A stretch of DNA of 64,000 nucleotides, taken from positions 64,801-128,800 of the forward strand of contig JBAZLL010000003.1 in the NCBI GenBank assembly GCA_041650255.1, in the 5' to 3' direction. Below the pieces are notes generated by a model. That model did not search any database and was not told where the DNA came from. It saw only the letters and a list, made by a program, of their open reading frames with translations. Position 1 is the first letter of the stretch, and each line of letters opens with the position of its first letter. Origin of the DNA: Candidatus Micrarchaeia archaeon. GTDB taxonomy: Archaea > Micrarchaeota > Micrarchaeia > Anstonellales > Anstonellaceae. Shown one piece after another: positions 45,312 to 54,960 of this stretch. Position numbers and translations under genes: made by a program.

Positions 45312-46142
45312 CTATATAAAAACAAGTGAAGCATAAGCCACTACACTGCTTTCATTCCCGTTTGTTTCTTTCCCCGAATTAGTATATTTTAGCAATTTTG
45401 CCTCTTTTTTTCCAGCCAGCTTTGCATAATAAATAGCCGCCGCAATCGGTCCATGCCCGCAAATGCTAAGCCCGTTTTGTTCAACTTCTCTTTCAAGCGC
45501 ATTTGCATCAAGTTTTTTGATAAATTCAATGGGCATCTTATCCATCAATTTTGCCCTTTCCCCGCTTTCATAATGTGTGAAATCGGAAGATGCCAAAAGC
45601 AAAATATTTCTGTCTTTGAATTCATTGTCCGAGCAAGCGTCAAAAATTGCCTTTCCAACTTCAGACGCAATTTTCTCCCCCTGCACCCCTATGCAAATTG
45701 CAACAATTTTTGCTTTCGGGTTAATCCTTTGAATGAACGGAAGCATCACTTCAATCGAGTGCTCGCGAAAATGCGCCGCCTCATTTCTTCTCATCAACGG
45801 GCAAGATAAAATAATTTTTGCCGCCAATCTCAAATCGGTGGAACTTGTGCCAATCGGCGTTTTCCAATCTTCAAAAGAAACAGAAACAATTTCTCCAAGC
45901 CCTGTATGGTTCGGGCACAAAATAACCATGCTTGTATTTTCCTTCTTCAAATTTTTCTCAAGTGCGGCAAAAGAATATCCCGCCGTTTTCCCGGAATATT
46001 CATATCCAGCGTGAGGTGCAATCGCAATATTTGCGCTTACGCTAACCTCTTTTCTTCCCTGTGCCAAGAATGCATCCACCTCTCTTGTGAGAGTGTTTGC
46101 ATTCAGCGGATAAAACGAGCCTGCAACTGCCGGATATCTCAT
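45312..46142 (-). CDS. MEMO1-family protein (AmmeMemoRadiSam system protein B-like).
   Basis: Matching blocks: MRYPAVAGSFYP, IAPHAGYEYSG, LLASSDFTHY, ICGHGPI. I prefer the ATG at comp. 46140-46142. Confidence 0.75.
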   Translation of the reverse strand: MRYPAVAGSFYPLNANTLTREVDAFLAQGRKEVSVSANIAIAPHAGYEYSGKTAGYSFAALEKNLKKENTSMVILCPNHTGLGEIVSVSFEDWKTPIGTSSTDLRLAAKIILSCPLMRRNEAAHFREHSIEVMLPFIQRINPKAKIVAICIGVQGEKIASEVGKAIFDACSDNEFKDRNILLLASSDFTHYESGERAKLMDKMPIEFIKKLDANALEREVEQNGLSICGHGPIAAAIYYAKLAGKKEAKLLKYTNSGKETNGNESSVVAYASLVFI

Positions 46143-46167
46143 AAAAAAATAAAGGAAAGAAAAGATA

Positions 46168-47523
46168 TTAAGCTGAGCTATAATACAGCTTGACCTTTTC
46201 AATAAGCCCTTCATTTCCAACATAGAGCGAAGTTACCTGGTCCATATTGGCTATGGGCGTATCCAGAAGCGAGCCGAGTTTGCCGTCATAAGATTTTCCG
46301 CCTGCCTGTTCAACCAAAAACGAAAGCGGTATGCCCTCGTACAGCAATCTCAGCTTCGGAGCAGGATAGAAGAAAATTCCGCCTTCACGCAAAAGACTTG
46401 CAATCTCCATGACTGCGGCTCCGGAACATCTTATTTTATAATTTGGTAAAAATTCCTTTACGACAAATTCGCTAAACTCCGGGCTCCAGGAGGTATTTCC
46501 ACCCGGAATAACCAAGCTCGGTTTTTGAGGTATTTTTATATTCTGCCCGTCGGCCATCTGTTCAAACTGTGAAAAGCCTCTGTTACCATAATTCTTCACA
46601 AGCTCGTGTACTCCGTCCCCCGTGCTATAAATAAACGAGAAAACCGGACCATACAAAATAATTGCCGCCGCCTTTAGCTCTCTGCCGCTTTTTGGCTCAT
46701 TATCTTCATAAACTCCTAAAATGGAGCCAAAAATATTTCTGGTTTTTATATTTCCCGAGCCATCCAGCGGGTCTAATGTAATAATGTATCTTCCACTCTT
46801 GTACCTATACCTGAATTTACTATCTTTCGGGTCAATCGGGTGGTCAAGCTCTTCGGAATAAATTCTTTTTATTTCCCCTGTACGAAGCATTGTTTTGCAC
46901 AAGACATTATTCGCCCAATCATCAAGCTCTTTTTTAATCTCTTTATATTTGTTCATCAATTTCTCGTCCGCCATCTCGGTATTCCCAATCTCCTTCTTGT
47001 TTTCTGCAAGCCTTCTTTCCAAATGAGAAGTAAATCTTAGTTGCATATCCACCGAGCCGTAAGCAAATGTCAGCATTATTTTTGCAAGTCCTCGGTCAAG
47101 TTTCTCAAACGGATTGCCTTTTTCAATTTCCGCAAGTTTCATTGCAAGCGGTGTTGACCTTATCGGAGATAAAATCTGCGTGCGCTTGTACAATTCATAG
47201 AGCCACCAGTGGGCGCTGTCAATTTTATTCGTATCAATCATTTTATCTATTTTTTTCATGAAGACTTTTTCGCACAATTCAAGGTCGCTATAAATATCCA
47301 CGTCCTTATTGTCCTCTTTCATAAATGCATAATCTACAAATGCCTTTGTGAATGGGGTGATTTCGGTTCTCCAATATACTTTTCTTGGAATATCTACAAA
47401 CGGATTCAGGCCAATTAACTTTTTTGAATTAAGAAAAAGTTTCTGCTCTGTGTAACGTTGTTTATTCGGACTCGGAAGAGGTTTTGGTTCGGTGTAATAT
47501 CGCCTATCGTTATGTCCTGCCAT
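46168..47523 (-). CDS. fbp: Class 1 fructose-1,6-bisphosphatase-like protein with a long divergent N-terminal region.
   Basis: Matching blocks: LDPLDGSGNI, YGPVFSFIYSTGDGVHEL, GGIFFYPAPKLRLLYEGIPLSFLVEQAGGKSYDG. The metal-binding DPLDGS motif sits at about residue 250, far later than in the roughly 330-aa enzymes. Confidence 0.75.
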   Translation of the reverse strand: MAGHNDRRYYTEPKPLPSPNKQRYTEQKLFLNSKKLIGLNPFVDIPRKVYWRTEITPFTKAFVDYAFMKEDNKDVDIYSDLELCEKVFMKKIDKMIDTNKIDSAHWWLYELYKRTQILSPIRSTPLAMKLAEIEKGNPFEKLDRGLAKIMLTFAYGSVDMQLRFTSHLERRLAENKKEIGNTEMADEKLMNKYKEIKKELDDWANNVLCKTMLRTGEIKRIYSEELDHPIDPKDSKFRYRYKSGRYIITLDPLDGSGNIKTRNIFGSILGVYEDNEPKSGRELKAAAIILYGPVFSFIYSTGDGVHELVKNYGNRGFSQFEQMADGQNIKIPQKPSLVIPGGNTSWSPEFSEFVVKEFLPNYKIRCSGAAVMEIASLLREGGIFFYPAPKLRLLYEGIPLSFLVEQAGGKSYDGKLGSLLDTPIANMDQVTSLYVGNEGLIEKVKLYYSSA

Positions 47524-47555
47524 TTTTACATCTCCCTTTTGTTTTGTAGCTCTTC

Positions 47556-48083
47556 TTATCTTTCCTCCTTGCACGGGATTACCGCCAATATATTAGACAG
47601 CCCGACCGCCCTAATATCTTCTGTCTTTATTTCAATAACATTCAAATCCTCTTTTAATTGAAAAATAAGCTCACTCACAAACGCATTCCCCTTTTGTTTG
47701 TAATTGTACCATCCCTTGTATATTCCAAGCTGGGGAATAAACTCTTTAACATCTTCAGCTGTAAATGAAAATTCGTTAAGCAATTTCTTTGCAATACGTA
47801 TGTCATCATAAGTAATATTGTCGCACACAAGCAGAGTCACAAATGCTTCATGAAGTTTAATCATTACACTTTTTTGTTTGCCAAATACATTTCCAGAGCT
47901 TGCACTTTTGCTGTTAGAGTCAACCTCACCCAGATGTCCCTTAAAGTTAGTAAAAAGCTTTTCAAAATTAGAAGTTTGTATTTTTTCAGTCAGAGTTTGC
48001 AATTTCTTAATACTTTCAGTTCCATTCCCATTGCTCTGTTCCACATTTTTCAAAACCTTTGACGCCATCAGCACCACCGACAT
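47556..48083 (-). CDS. Hypothetical protein of 175 aa.
   Basis: The call rests on the ORF only. It has no recognised motif. Confidence 0.4.
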   Translation of the reverse strand: MSVVLMASKVLKNVEQSNGNGTESIKKLQTLTEKIQTSNFEKLFTNFKGHLGEVDSNSKSASSGNVFGKQKSVMIKLHEAFVTLLVCDNITYDDIRIAKKLLNEFSFTAEDVKEFIPQLGIYKGWYNYKQKGNAFVSELIFQLKEDLNVIEIKTEDIRAVGLSNILAVIPCKEER

Positions 48084-48172
48084 CTATTATAGTTGGTTAA
48101 ACTTAATATTGCTGTTGTCGCAAAGCTTGCGCTATTTGCACATAAAAAATTCGGGAAGATTATGCAATCTGC

Positions 48173-48940
48173 TCAATCCACTAAAATAGTGTATTTTGAA
48201 ATATAGATTTGCGCCAACATCACGATAAGATACGGCAATATTATGAGCGAATTAAACGCAATCACAATAAGCGGTCCAATCACATGCGGAATGAACGGAA
48301 CCGAATTCACAACAAAGAGCACAATCACGTCAACAATTGAGAGCAACATTAATGCCACAACCATCCAAAGCAACACCAAAGACGGCTTTTTTCTTATAAT
48401 GCTAAAGCTTCTTTGCATCGCCCTAAACGGTCTTACCTCATCCATAACCATTGCGGTGGGCAAAAAGAGCAATCCGAGCCCGACAATCAAATTCAGCAAA
48501 GGCGCGAGATATTTTTGTATCTGATACTCGTAAGTGATAAGCTGTATAAGCAGAAGCAATATTGTGGCGATAAGGAAAATCATAAACACCGAATTTGTGT
48601 GTTTTGTAATCGCCTTTATCTCCTCTAAAGTGAGCCCCTTTAGTGTTCTCTGCCTCTTCACCACTAAATTTATGCCGACAATGGCAAAGCTCATCAAATA
48701 AAGCGAAATCAGCAAAGACGCAATCATTATCCCGCTGTCAACCGGAGTCAAATCAACGATACTTCCGGTTCTCAAATAGGCGCCTCCAAGCGCGATATAA
48801 ACCGGGTCTGCCGGGTTAATCATTCCGACAATTATCGGCAATATCATGCCGAAAAGCCCCGGAACCGAAGCCACAAGTATAAGCCAGATATTTTTAGTGT
48901 ATATTTCCCACGTATAGTCCATGATGGATTTGCCTGCCAT
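48173..48940 (-). CDS. Integral membrane protein with about 6 TM helices. Function unknown.
   Basis: The protein shows a repeated pattern of hydrophobic helices throughout its 255 aa. Confidence 0.55.
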   Translation of the reverse strand: MAGKSIMDYTWEIYTKNIWLILVASVPGLFGMILPIIVGMINPADPVYIALGGAYLRTGSIVDLTPVDSGIMIASLLISLYLMSFAIVGINLVVKRQRTLKGLTLEEIKAITKHTNSVFMIFLIATILLLLIQLITYEYQIQKYLAPLLNLIVGLGLLFLPTAMVMDEVRPFRAMQRSFSIIRKKPSLVLLWMVVALMLLSIVDVIVLFVVNSVPFIPHVIGPLIVIAFNSLIILPYLIVMLAQIYISKYTILVD

Positions 48941-49064
48941 GCAACACCCTCTTGGTAGTATAGGGGGGCAATATGTTTTAAATCTGCATTTCCCATCTTA
49001 TATTTAGAGTTTTTTTATCGCTATTGGAAAGACCGTTATAATCATCTGATATAAAAGGGATAAA

Positions 49065-49781
49065 ATGGAACAAAAAAACTTTACTCGCGGGCTTGCATTC
49101 ACTCTGCTTTTTGCCGCATTAGGCACTATTGCAAACTTTATCCCCCTTGCAAAAATATTGGGAATGCAGGGAAGCACTTTTAGCGCATTTGATTTAATCG
49201 CCCCTATTCCGGTGGCATTCTTAGGTTTGTCCTCCGGGCTTGCGGCAATTCTTATCGCAAAGCTCTCCGCAGGCATAGCAACCGGCGCGGCAATGGATGC
49301 CTCAACCTTTTTGCGCCTGCTTCCCCCATTGGGTGCGGGCCTGTTTTTCTGGTCATACAAGCACGACATGAAACACTCAATTCTCATACAAGCGGCGATT
49401 CCCGCACTGGCAATGGTCGCATTTATTTTCAATCCGGCAATATTTGGCACAAGTGCAATGGCTTACGCCCTGTTCTGGCTGATTCCAATCGCGGTAATTT
49501 TCCTGCCCGACTACACATATCTTCGCAGTCTTGGCGCAACTTTTTGCCAGCACGCGATAGGCTCGGTTCTTTTCCTTTACACAATTCCGGCATTGCAGAA
49601 TCCGCAAATATGGCTCGCGCTAATTCCAATCGTGGTGGTGGAGAGACTTCTCTTTGCGCTGGGGATAACAATTTCCTTCAAGGCAATCGCGCTCATGTAC
49701 GACAAATTCCATTTTGTAATACGCACGCAAAACAATTCGCCCTCGCCAATGCCCGCTCCACAAAAGAAAGAAAAAAACTAA
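49065..49781 (+). CDS. Integral membrane protein with about 6 TM helices. Function unknown.
   Basis: The 238-aa ORF is hydrophobic, Gly/Ala-rich in its helices, and ends in a polar tail (NNSPSPMPAPQKKEKN). Confidence 0.55.
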   Translation: MEQKNFTRGLAFTLLFAALGTIANFIPLAKILGMQGSTFSAFDLIAPIPVAFLGLSSGLAAILIAKLSAGIATGAAMDASTFLRLLPPLGAGLFFWSYKHDMKHSILIQAAIPALAMVAFIFNPAIFGTSAMAYALFWLIPIAVIFLPDYTYLRSLGATFCQHAIGSVLFLYTIPALQNPQIWLALIPIVVVERLLFALGITISFKAIALMYDKFHFVIRTQNNSPSPMPAPQKKEKN

Positions 49782-49837
49782 TTTTTTCAACGGATTGGCA
49801 GTGAAGGATTTTTAAATGCACTAAGAGTGCAAAATGC

Positions 49838-51919
49838 ATGAGCGAGCCATACCTGATAGAAATCTCATCAGAAGCCGGAAGAAAGGTCGGCGGAATCTAC
49901 ACTGTAATAACAAGCAAATCCCGTTATGCTCTAAAACATTTTGAAAAAAGATATCTATACATCGGCTTTTACGATGAGAAATGTGCGCAGGACGTAAAGT
50001 TTTCCCAGCCGGAAGGCGAGTTAAAGGAAATTTTTGACGAGCTTGCATTGCAGGGAATATTCTGCCATTATGGAGAATGGCTCTATGCCCAAAACACTCC
50101 GATAATATTGGTGGATGCAAAAAGCTTCGGGCAAAAAAACGTTCAATATGACGATGCCGGGCAATCTCATTACGATATAGAATCAAATCACATAAAATTT
50201 CTTTTATGGAAGCATTTTGGCATAGACTCGTTAATGGAAAAATCATGGGATTACGATGAGAATGTTGTGTGGGGCTGGGCAGTCGGGATGCTCATTGAAA
50301 AGCTTGCAAAAATATCGCCCTACAAAGAGCACAAATTAATCGGGCAATTCCACGAATGGATAACCGGCTCCGCGCTCTTGTACACAAGAATGCGCGGCTT
50401 GCCGATAGCAACCGTTTTCACGACACACGCAACCGTTCTTGGGCGCTCTCTTGCCGCTTCCGGCGCGGATGTGATGGCGCTTTCCCAATCATCTCATTCT
50501 CAAATAGATGTCTCAAAAGCATACCAACTAAAAGTGGAAGGAAAGCACCAGCTTGAAATGGCGGCGGCAAAAAAGTGTCACGTGTTTGGCACTGTGTCCG
50601 AAACAGTTGCACAAGAAGTCAGATACATTTTGGGAAGATATCCCGACGTTGTAATGCTTAATGGAATGGACTTTGAGCATAGCATGGCGGAAGCGCAGGT
50701 GCGCGACATCTCCGAGTACGTGCGACACGAGATTTTACAGCTCAGCGAAGCAATTCTCACTCCCTATCAAAGTGCCCGATATGACAATGCAATGATTCTT
50801 TTCATTTCCGGCAGATACGAATTCACCAACAAAGGATTTGACATTTTCATAGATGCAATGGGCAAGCTCAACAAAAGAATAAAGCAAAAAGGGGCAAAAA
50901 AACAAAAGCAGGTAATCGCCTTTATTTTCGCCCCCTCCGCGGTCCGGGGTCCGAAAGTGTCGATAATTCGCAACTATCTTCTTCTTGACAAGATGAATGA
51001 AGTGCTGGACGCATCGCCCGGCGCGAACATAAAAAAACACTATCCAAATGTCATGTCAAGAATCAACGAGGTAAAAACCTCCCTTAAGCGCGACCTTCTC
51101 ACAATGAATTCAAGTTTTATCAAGGAAAACAACGAGCCTCCCGTCTGCCTGTTTGATCTGAACTACGCAAACGACCAAATAATCTCCGCATGCGAAAAGG
51201 CCGGTCTTAGAAACGGCGAGCATGATATGGTAAAAGCATTCTTTTATCCAACCTATCTAAAGCCAAACGACGGTCTGCTCAACATGAGCTATGATGATAT
51301 AATTTCCGGCATGGATGTGGGAATATTCCCCTCAAGGTACGAGCCTTTCGGATACACTCCTCTTGAAGCGGGATTGAAATTTAGTATCGCAGTCTCAACC
51401 GATTCAGCAGGTTTTGGAAGGTTCCTTCTATCAAAAGAAAACCTCGAAAACAGAGGCGTAAAAATACTAAAAATGGCGGGCGGAGCGGATTCTGCATCCA
51501 CCCAATTGGCAGACTATCTTCAGTCAATTTACTATTCCGAGCCGGAGCAAATACTGGAGAAAAAAGAGGATTCGTACAATCTCATGCACCTCTTTGATTG
51601 GAAAATGCTTATTTCAAATTACATAAACGCTTACGATTTGGCGCTTGAGCGCGCGGGCAAGGAAGATGCGCAAAAGCCTGTGCAAGTGCATTCTCAGCGC
51701 TCCATTATATCTGCCTCAAAAAAATTATCCAACGCAGTGCTTGAATCAAGCCTGCCTCTGATGTCAAATGCAAATAAAAAAGCCGGTTCAAATGCAAAAG
51801 GCGCTGTGCACAATGCAAAGGAAAAAAGCATTTCACACAATGCGGCCGCGCGCATATCTTCACGCGCGCAGAAAAAATCCGGCAAACATTTAGGGGCAAA
51901 AACCAAAAAAAGAAAGTAA
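49838..51919 (+). CDS. GT3-type (eukaryote-like) glycogen synthase with a basic C-terminal tail.
   Basis: The N-terminus EISSEAGRKVGGIYTVITSK matches the GT3 EVAxEVxNKVGGIYTV block. Other blocks are FHEWITG, TTHATVLGR and FPSRYEPFGYTPLEA. The last approximately 70 aa are K/A/S-rich. Confidence 0.75.
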   Translation: MSEPYLIEISSEAGRKVGGIYTVITSKSRYALKHFEKRYLYIGFYDEKCAQDVKFSQPEGELKEIFDELALQGIFCHYGEWLYAQNTPIILVDAKSFGQKNVQYDDAGQSHYDIESNHIKFLLWKHFGIDSLMEKSWDYDENVVWGWAVGMLIEKLAKISPYKEHKLIGQFHEWITGSALLYTRMRGLPIATVFTTHATVLGRSLAASGADVMALSQSSHSQIDVSKAYQLKVEGKHQLEMAAAKKCHVFGTVSETVAQEVRYILGRYPDVVMLNGMDFEHSMAEAQVRDISEYVRHEILQLSEAILTPYQSARYDNAMILFISGRYEFTNKGFDIFIDAMGKLNKRIKQKGAKKQKQVIAFIFAPSAVRGPKVSIIRNYLLLDKMNEVLDASPGANIKKHYPNVMSRINEVKTSLKRDLLTMNSSFIKENNEPPVCLFDLNYANDQIISACEKAGLRNGEHDMVKAFFYPTYLKPNDGLLNMSYDDIISGMDVGIFPSRYEPFGYTPLEAGLKFSIAVSTDSAGFGRFLLSKENLENRGVKILKMAGGADSASTQLADYLQSIYYSEPEQILEKKEDSYNLMHLFDWKMLISNYINAYDLALERAGKEDAQKPVQVHSQRSIISASKKLSNAVLESSLPLMSNANKKAGSNAKGAVHNAKEKSISHNAAARISSRAQKKSGKHLGAKTKKRK

Positions 51920-51952
51920 TCTGCTATTTTTTTTATTCAACCTGCTATTTTT

Positions 51953-52495
51953 TTATTCATTTTCCTCTTGCGCCTCAATCCAGTCCGTCTCAAACACGTC
52001 TATATAATCCTTCACAATCTCCCCTTCAAAAACAGCCGCCGCCTCCCTATTTTCATTCATTGCCGCTTTTGAAAAATTAATTGAGCCAACAAGCACTCTT
52101 TTCCCGTCAATAATCATCATCTTTGAATGCGTGAGCTTGTAAGAAAGCGAAGCCCATTTGAGTTCAACCCCTCCCTTTTGCAATGCAGATGAAATTTTGT
52201 CAATATTGTATGAATTTGTTCGCGATTCCAAAATAACTCGCACCCTAACCCCTCTTTGCGCCGCCAGCGCCAGCTCATCCGCAACTTTTTCATTTGTAAA
52301 AACGTACATCTCAAGTGAAATGCTATTATTCGCAGACCTAATCAGCGATAATATTTCCTCCTGCGAGCCGGGCGAGAAAATCGGATATGCCAAATCGGCG
52401 CATTGCGTCTTTTGAGTGGACATCCAAATTCCGCAAATAAGCAAAATTGCAAATACTCCAATCAGCGCCCCTGCAAAAAAGCTTTTCGTATCCAA
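51953..52495 (-). CDS. Membrane-anchored single-HKD phospholipase D-family protein (Nuc-like nuclease architecture).
   Basis: An N-terminal TM (FFAGALIGVFAILLICGIWM) is followed by one HKD motif, THSKMMIIDGKRVLVGSINFS. The total length is about 180 aa. Confidence 0.75.
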   Translation of the reverse strand: MDTKSFFAGALIGVFAILLICGIWMSTQKTQCADLAYPIFSPGSQEEILSLIRSANNSISLEMYVFTNEKVADELALAAQRGVRVRVILESRTNSYNIDKISSALQKGGVELKWASLSYKLTHSKMMIIDGKRVLVGSINFSKAAMNENREAAAVFEGEIVKDYIDVFETDWIEAQEENE

Positions 52496-52616
52496 AAAAT
52501 CAACTTCGGATTCTAATCAAAATTTCAGATTGTATAAATCATTCAAGCATTAACAAAATCAATCTCAAATATTAAAATAATTTTGCAAAATTAAACGCTT
52601 TGTTTGCAAATTTTTC

Positions 52617-53681
52617 TCATATAAGTTTGACAAGCCCGCGTCCGATCTCATTCAAATCCGCGCCAAGAATCGCGCCTGTTTGACGTATGAATGTAAATGT
52701 GATAATCAGCGCCACCATCGGGAAAAACATCGCCTGCAAATAAAATAGCGGGATGAAATTCTTTGCCTTGTAAATCAGGCTGGATACGTCTCCCGACCTT
52801 GCGCGCAATGCATCCGATGCCCTTTGTACTCCCTCAAGGCTCACCATATCATATCCCCTGCTCACATCCAGCATAGCCGGCGGAGCCCGAAACTCCGTGC
52901 AAAAAGATTCGCCCGGAGGCTGAAGGGTCATGAGCATTGCAAGGCTGATTGGGTACACTGCGAAAAATCCTATTCCCATCGCAAGGAGCATTCCTCCTGC
53001 GCCCCTGCTCATTGGAAATATCCTTAGTATAAGCCCGATTTGAAACATAAGCGGCGCGACATATTTCATTACCGACAAAAGTCTGATTTGTATCCAATGC
53101 AACAAAAGCAAAAAGTTCAAATGCCCTATAATATATTCAAACAGGCTGGTGTAAACAGTCGTGTACCATCCACCAAGCGGTTCCACTCCGAGCGTTTCTG
53201 TTTTTGTGGAGCCGACAAGTTTGTAATAAAAGTTCACGCTGTAAAGCACGCGATAAATATCCTGCTCGCAACTAATCATTGTTTCCACCAAAAATGCCTG
53301 TGAAAATCTAAACGGATCAAGCGTAACTTTTTGGTCTGTCGGGTCAATCCCCGCATCTCTTGCATTTTGCGCAAGCACCGGGCTTGAGAAATAAGTTTGA
53401 GTTACCACGCCGGACATAACGCTCCAGGTAAGTCCCACAAGCGCCACGAGCATTCCAGCAAGCAGGAATGTGACTATCACCTGCATATATTCTCCCTTTG
53501 CCCACAAACGCAGAGAATTGATATTGAATGCAATTCCAATCATCTGCAAAAGCACAACTACAAGCAGGCTGATAAGCCCAATCACCAAAATGTTTGACGA
53601 CCACGCAAGCCAGCCCGGGCTGGCAAAAAGCGCATTCAAAAATTGTGGGCTTGCAACCAAGTCTGCTCCAGTTATCATCAA
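52617..53681 (-). CDS. Paralog family member F (354 aa). Polytopic membrane protein of unknown family.
   Basis: Shares the family motifs SLRLWAKGEYMQV (after TM1), GVEPLGGW, and the core IQIRLL...FQIGLILRIFPMSRGAGGMLLAMGIGFFAVYP. The C-terminal tail is GADLNEIGRGLVKLI. Confidence 0.7.
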   Translation of the reverse strand: MMITGADLVASPQFLNALFASPGWLAWSSNILVIGLISLLVVVLLQMIGIAFNINSLRLWAKGEYMQVIVTFLLAGMLVALVGLTWSVMSGVVTQTYFSSPVLAQNARDAGIDPTDQKVTLDPFRFSQAFLVETMISCEQDIYRVLYSVNFYYKLVGSTKTETLGVEPLGGWYTTVYTSLFEYIIGHLNFLLLLHWIQIRLLSVMKYVAPLMFQIGLILRIFPMSRGAGGMLLAMGIGFFAVYPISLAMLMTLQPPGESFCTEFRAPPAMLDVSRGYDMVSLEGVQRASDALRARSGDVSSLIYKAKNFIPLFYLQAMFFPMVALIITFTFIRQTGAILGADLNEIGRGLVKLI

Positions 53682-53730
53682 ATCATCCGATTAATTTTAC
53701 CATTTTGTTTTAAGCCTGTGCAAAGTGCCA

Positions 53731-54951
53731 TCAAATCATCCTTGTCAGGTTTGTCAAATCCATCTCGGTTCCAAGGAAAGTCGTAAGCGACCTTGCAACC
53801 TCAACATATATTACCAAATTAATAATGGGCAATATTACCGCCGCAATAACATACAAAAGCGCAATCTGATAAGGCCAGAAAACAGTTTGCGCAAATTTTT
53901 CTATCTGAGTGTCATCTCCTCTTTCCTGGGGGTTTGCAAATGCAAAGAAATTCACGACATTTTTCTCAACTGTTGCATCCTGTTTTTGCTCAACCAGCGC
54001 AGGCTTTTGAGGGTTTGGCTCATACATTCCAAACTCCTCATTAATTTGCTCCGCTCCCTCTTTCGGGCTGAAGAGTTCCTCACTCGGCGTCTGGCCTGTT
54101 AATACTGACTCCTCGCCCACCGAAAGCCTTTGCGCTTCTTCCTGTGCGCTCTTTGTAAATTGGTCAAACGAGGAATACACAATCAAATCATTCGCCATCA
54201 ATACGAGTGGATAATAAAAGAGCGAAGCAATTCCAAACCCAAGCAGTGCGCCTCCAAACTCGCGGGTAGGCTCAAATGTTCTCATAAGCAACCCGAGCGG
54301 AAGCATATAATACGGCACCGCCAAAAGGAAAAAGTCCAAAATTCTCATTTGTATAAGCACGCTCAAATAAGCGAGTATAAATCCGCTCACGCCAACAAGA
54401 AAAACATTCATCAATTGCTGAAATCCGGCAAGAGGTTCAATAGCATATCCTATTCCCATAGGGCTTGAATTCCACGTCAATTTGAAAATATATGAAAACG
54501 CCCCATTAAGCATTATCAGCACTTGGAAAATATCGTCTCCTCTCACCTTCACTTTCTGCAAAAATGCCTGCGATGCGCAAAACGGCGTAAGAGTGGGTGT
54601 GCCATACGCCGAGCACGCCTGCAAATTTTCCGCTATGATTTCTTCCGCTCCCGCCCCTTCGGACCATTTATACAAAAATGCAACATTCCAATTGCACATT
54701 CCATAAACCCATCCCGCAAGCAATATCGCGATTATCGCAGTGGCAAGCACTTGAAACATTTCAAATCTGCACCAAGCCTCAAGCTTTGAAATTCTCAACA
54801 GCTGGGATGCAAAATACGTCAGAATCAAAAAGAACGAGGTGCCAAGCAGTGCCACAAACACAAGCCCGAGCCAATTTCCTCCAAGCACATTATCAAAAAT
54901 CGCCGGCGTAAGGGAAGCGTCAAGCGACCTGCAATATGTCGGTATGTCCAT
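53731..54951 (-). CDS. Paralog family member E (406 aa). Polytopic membrane protein with an acidic/Q-rich insert.
   Basis: Family motifs: KLEAWCRFEMFQV, IEPLAGF, and the core IQMRIL...LPLGLLMRTFEPTREFGGALLGFGIASLFYYP. The C-terminal tail is GTEMDLTNLTRMI. Confidence 0.7.
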   Translation of the reverse strand: MDIPTYCRSLDASLTPAIFDNVLGGNWLGLVFVALLGTSFFLILTYFASQLLRISKLEAWCRFEMFQVLATAIIAILLAGWVYGMCNWNVAFLYKWSEGAGAEEIIAENLQACSAYGTPTLTPFCASQAFLQKVKVRGDDIFQVLIMLNGAFSYIFKLTWNSSPMGIGYAIEPLAGFQQLMNVFLVGVSGFILAYLSVLIQMRILDFFLLAVPYYMLPLGLLMRTFEPTREFGGALLGFGIASLFYYPLVLMANDLIVYSSFDQFTKSAQEEAQRLSVGEESVLTGQTPSEELFSPKEGAEQINEEFGMYEPNPQKPALVEQKQDATVEKNVVNFFAFANPQERGDDTQIEKFAQTVFWPYQIALLYVIAAVILPIINLVIYVEVARSLTTFLGTEMDLTNLTRMI

Positions 54952-54960
54952 TCATTACAC

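Noticed and set aside
49004-49450. 148-aa minus-strand ORF. Also 49821..50246 on the minus strand.
   Set aside because: They lie antisense to the membrane protein gene at 49065..49781 and to the glycogen synthase gene, both of which have better coding features.
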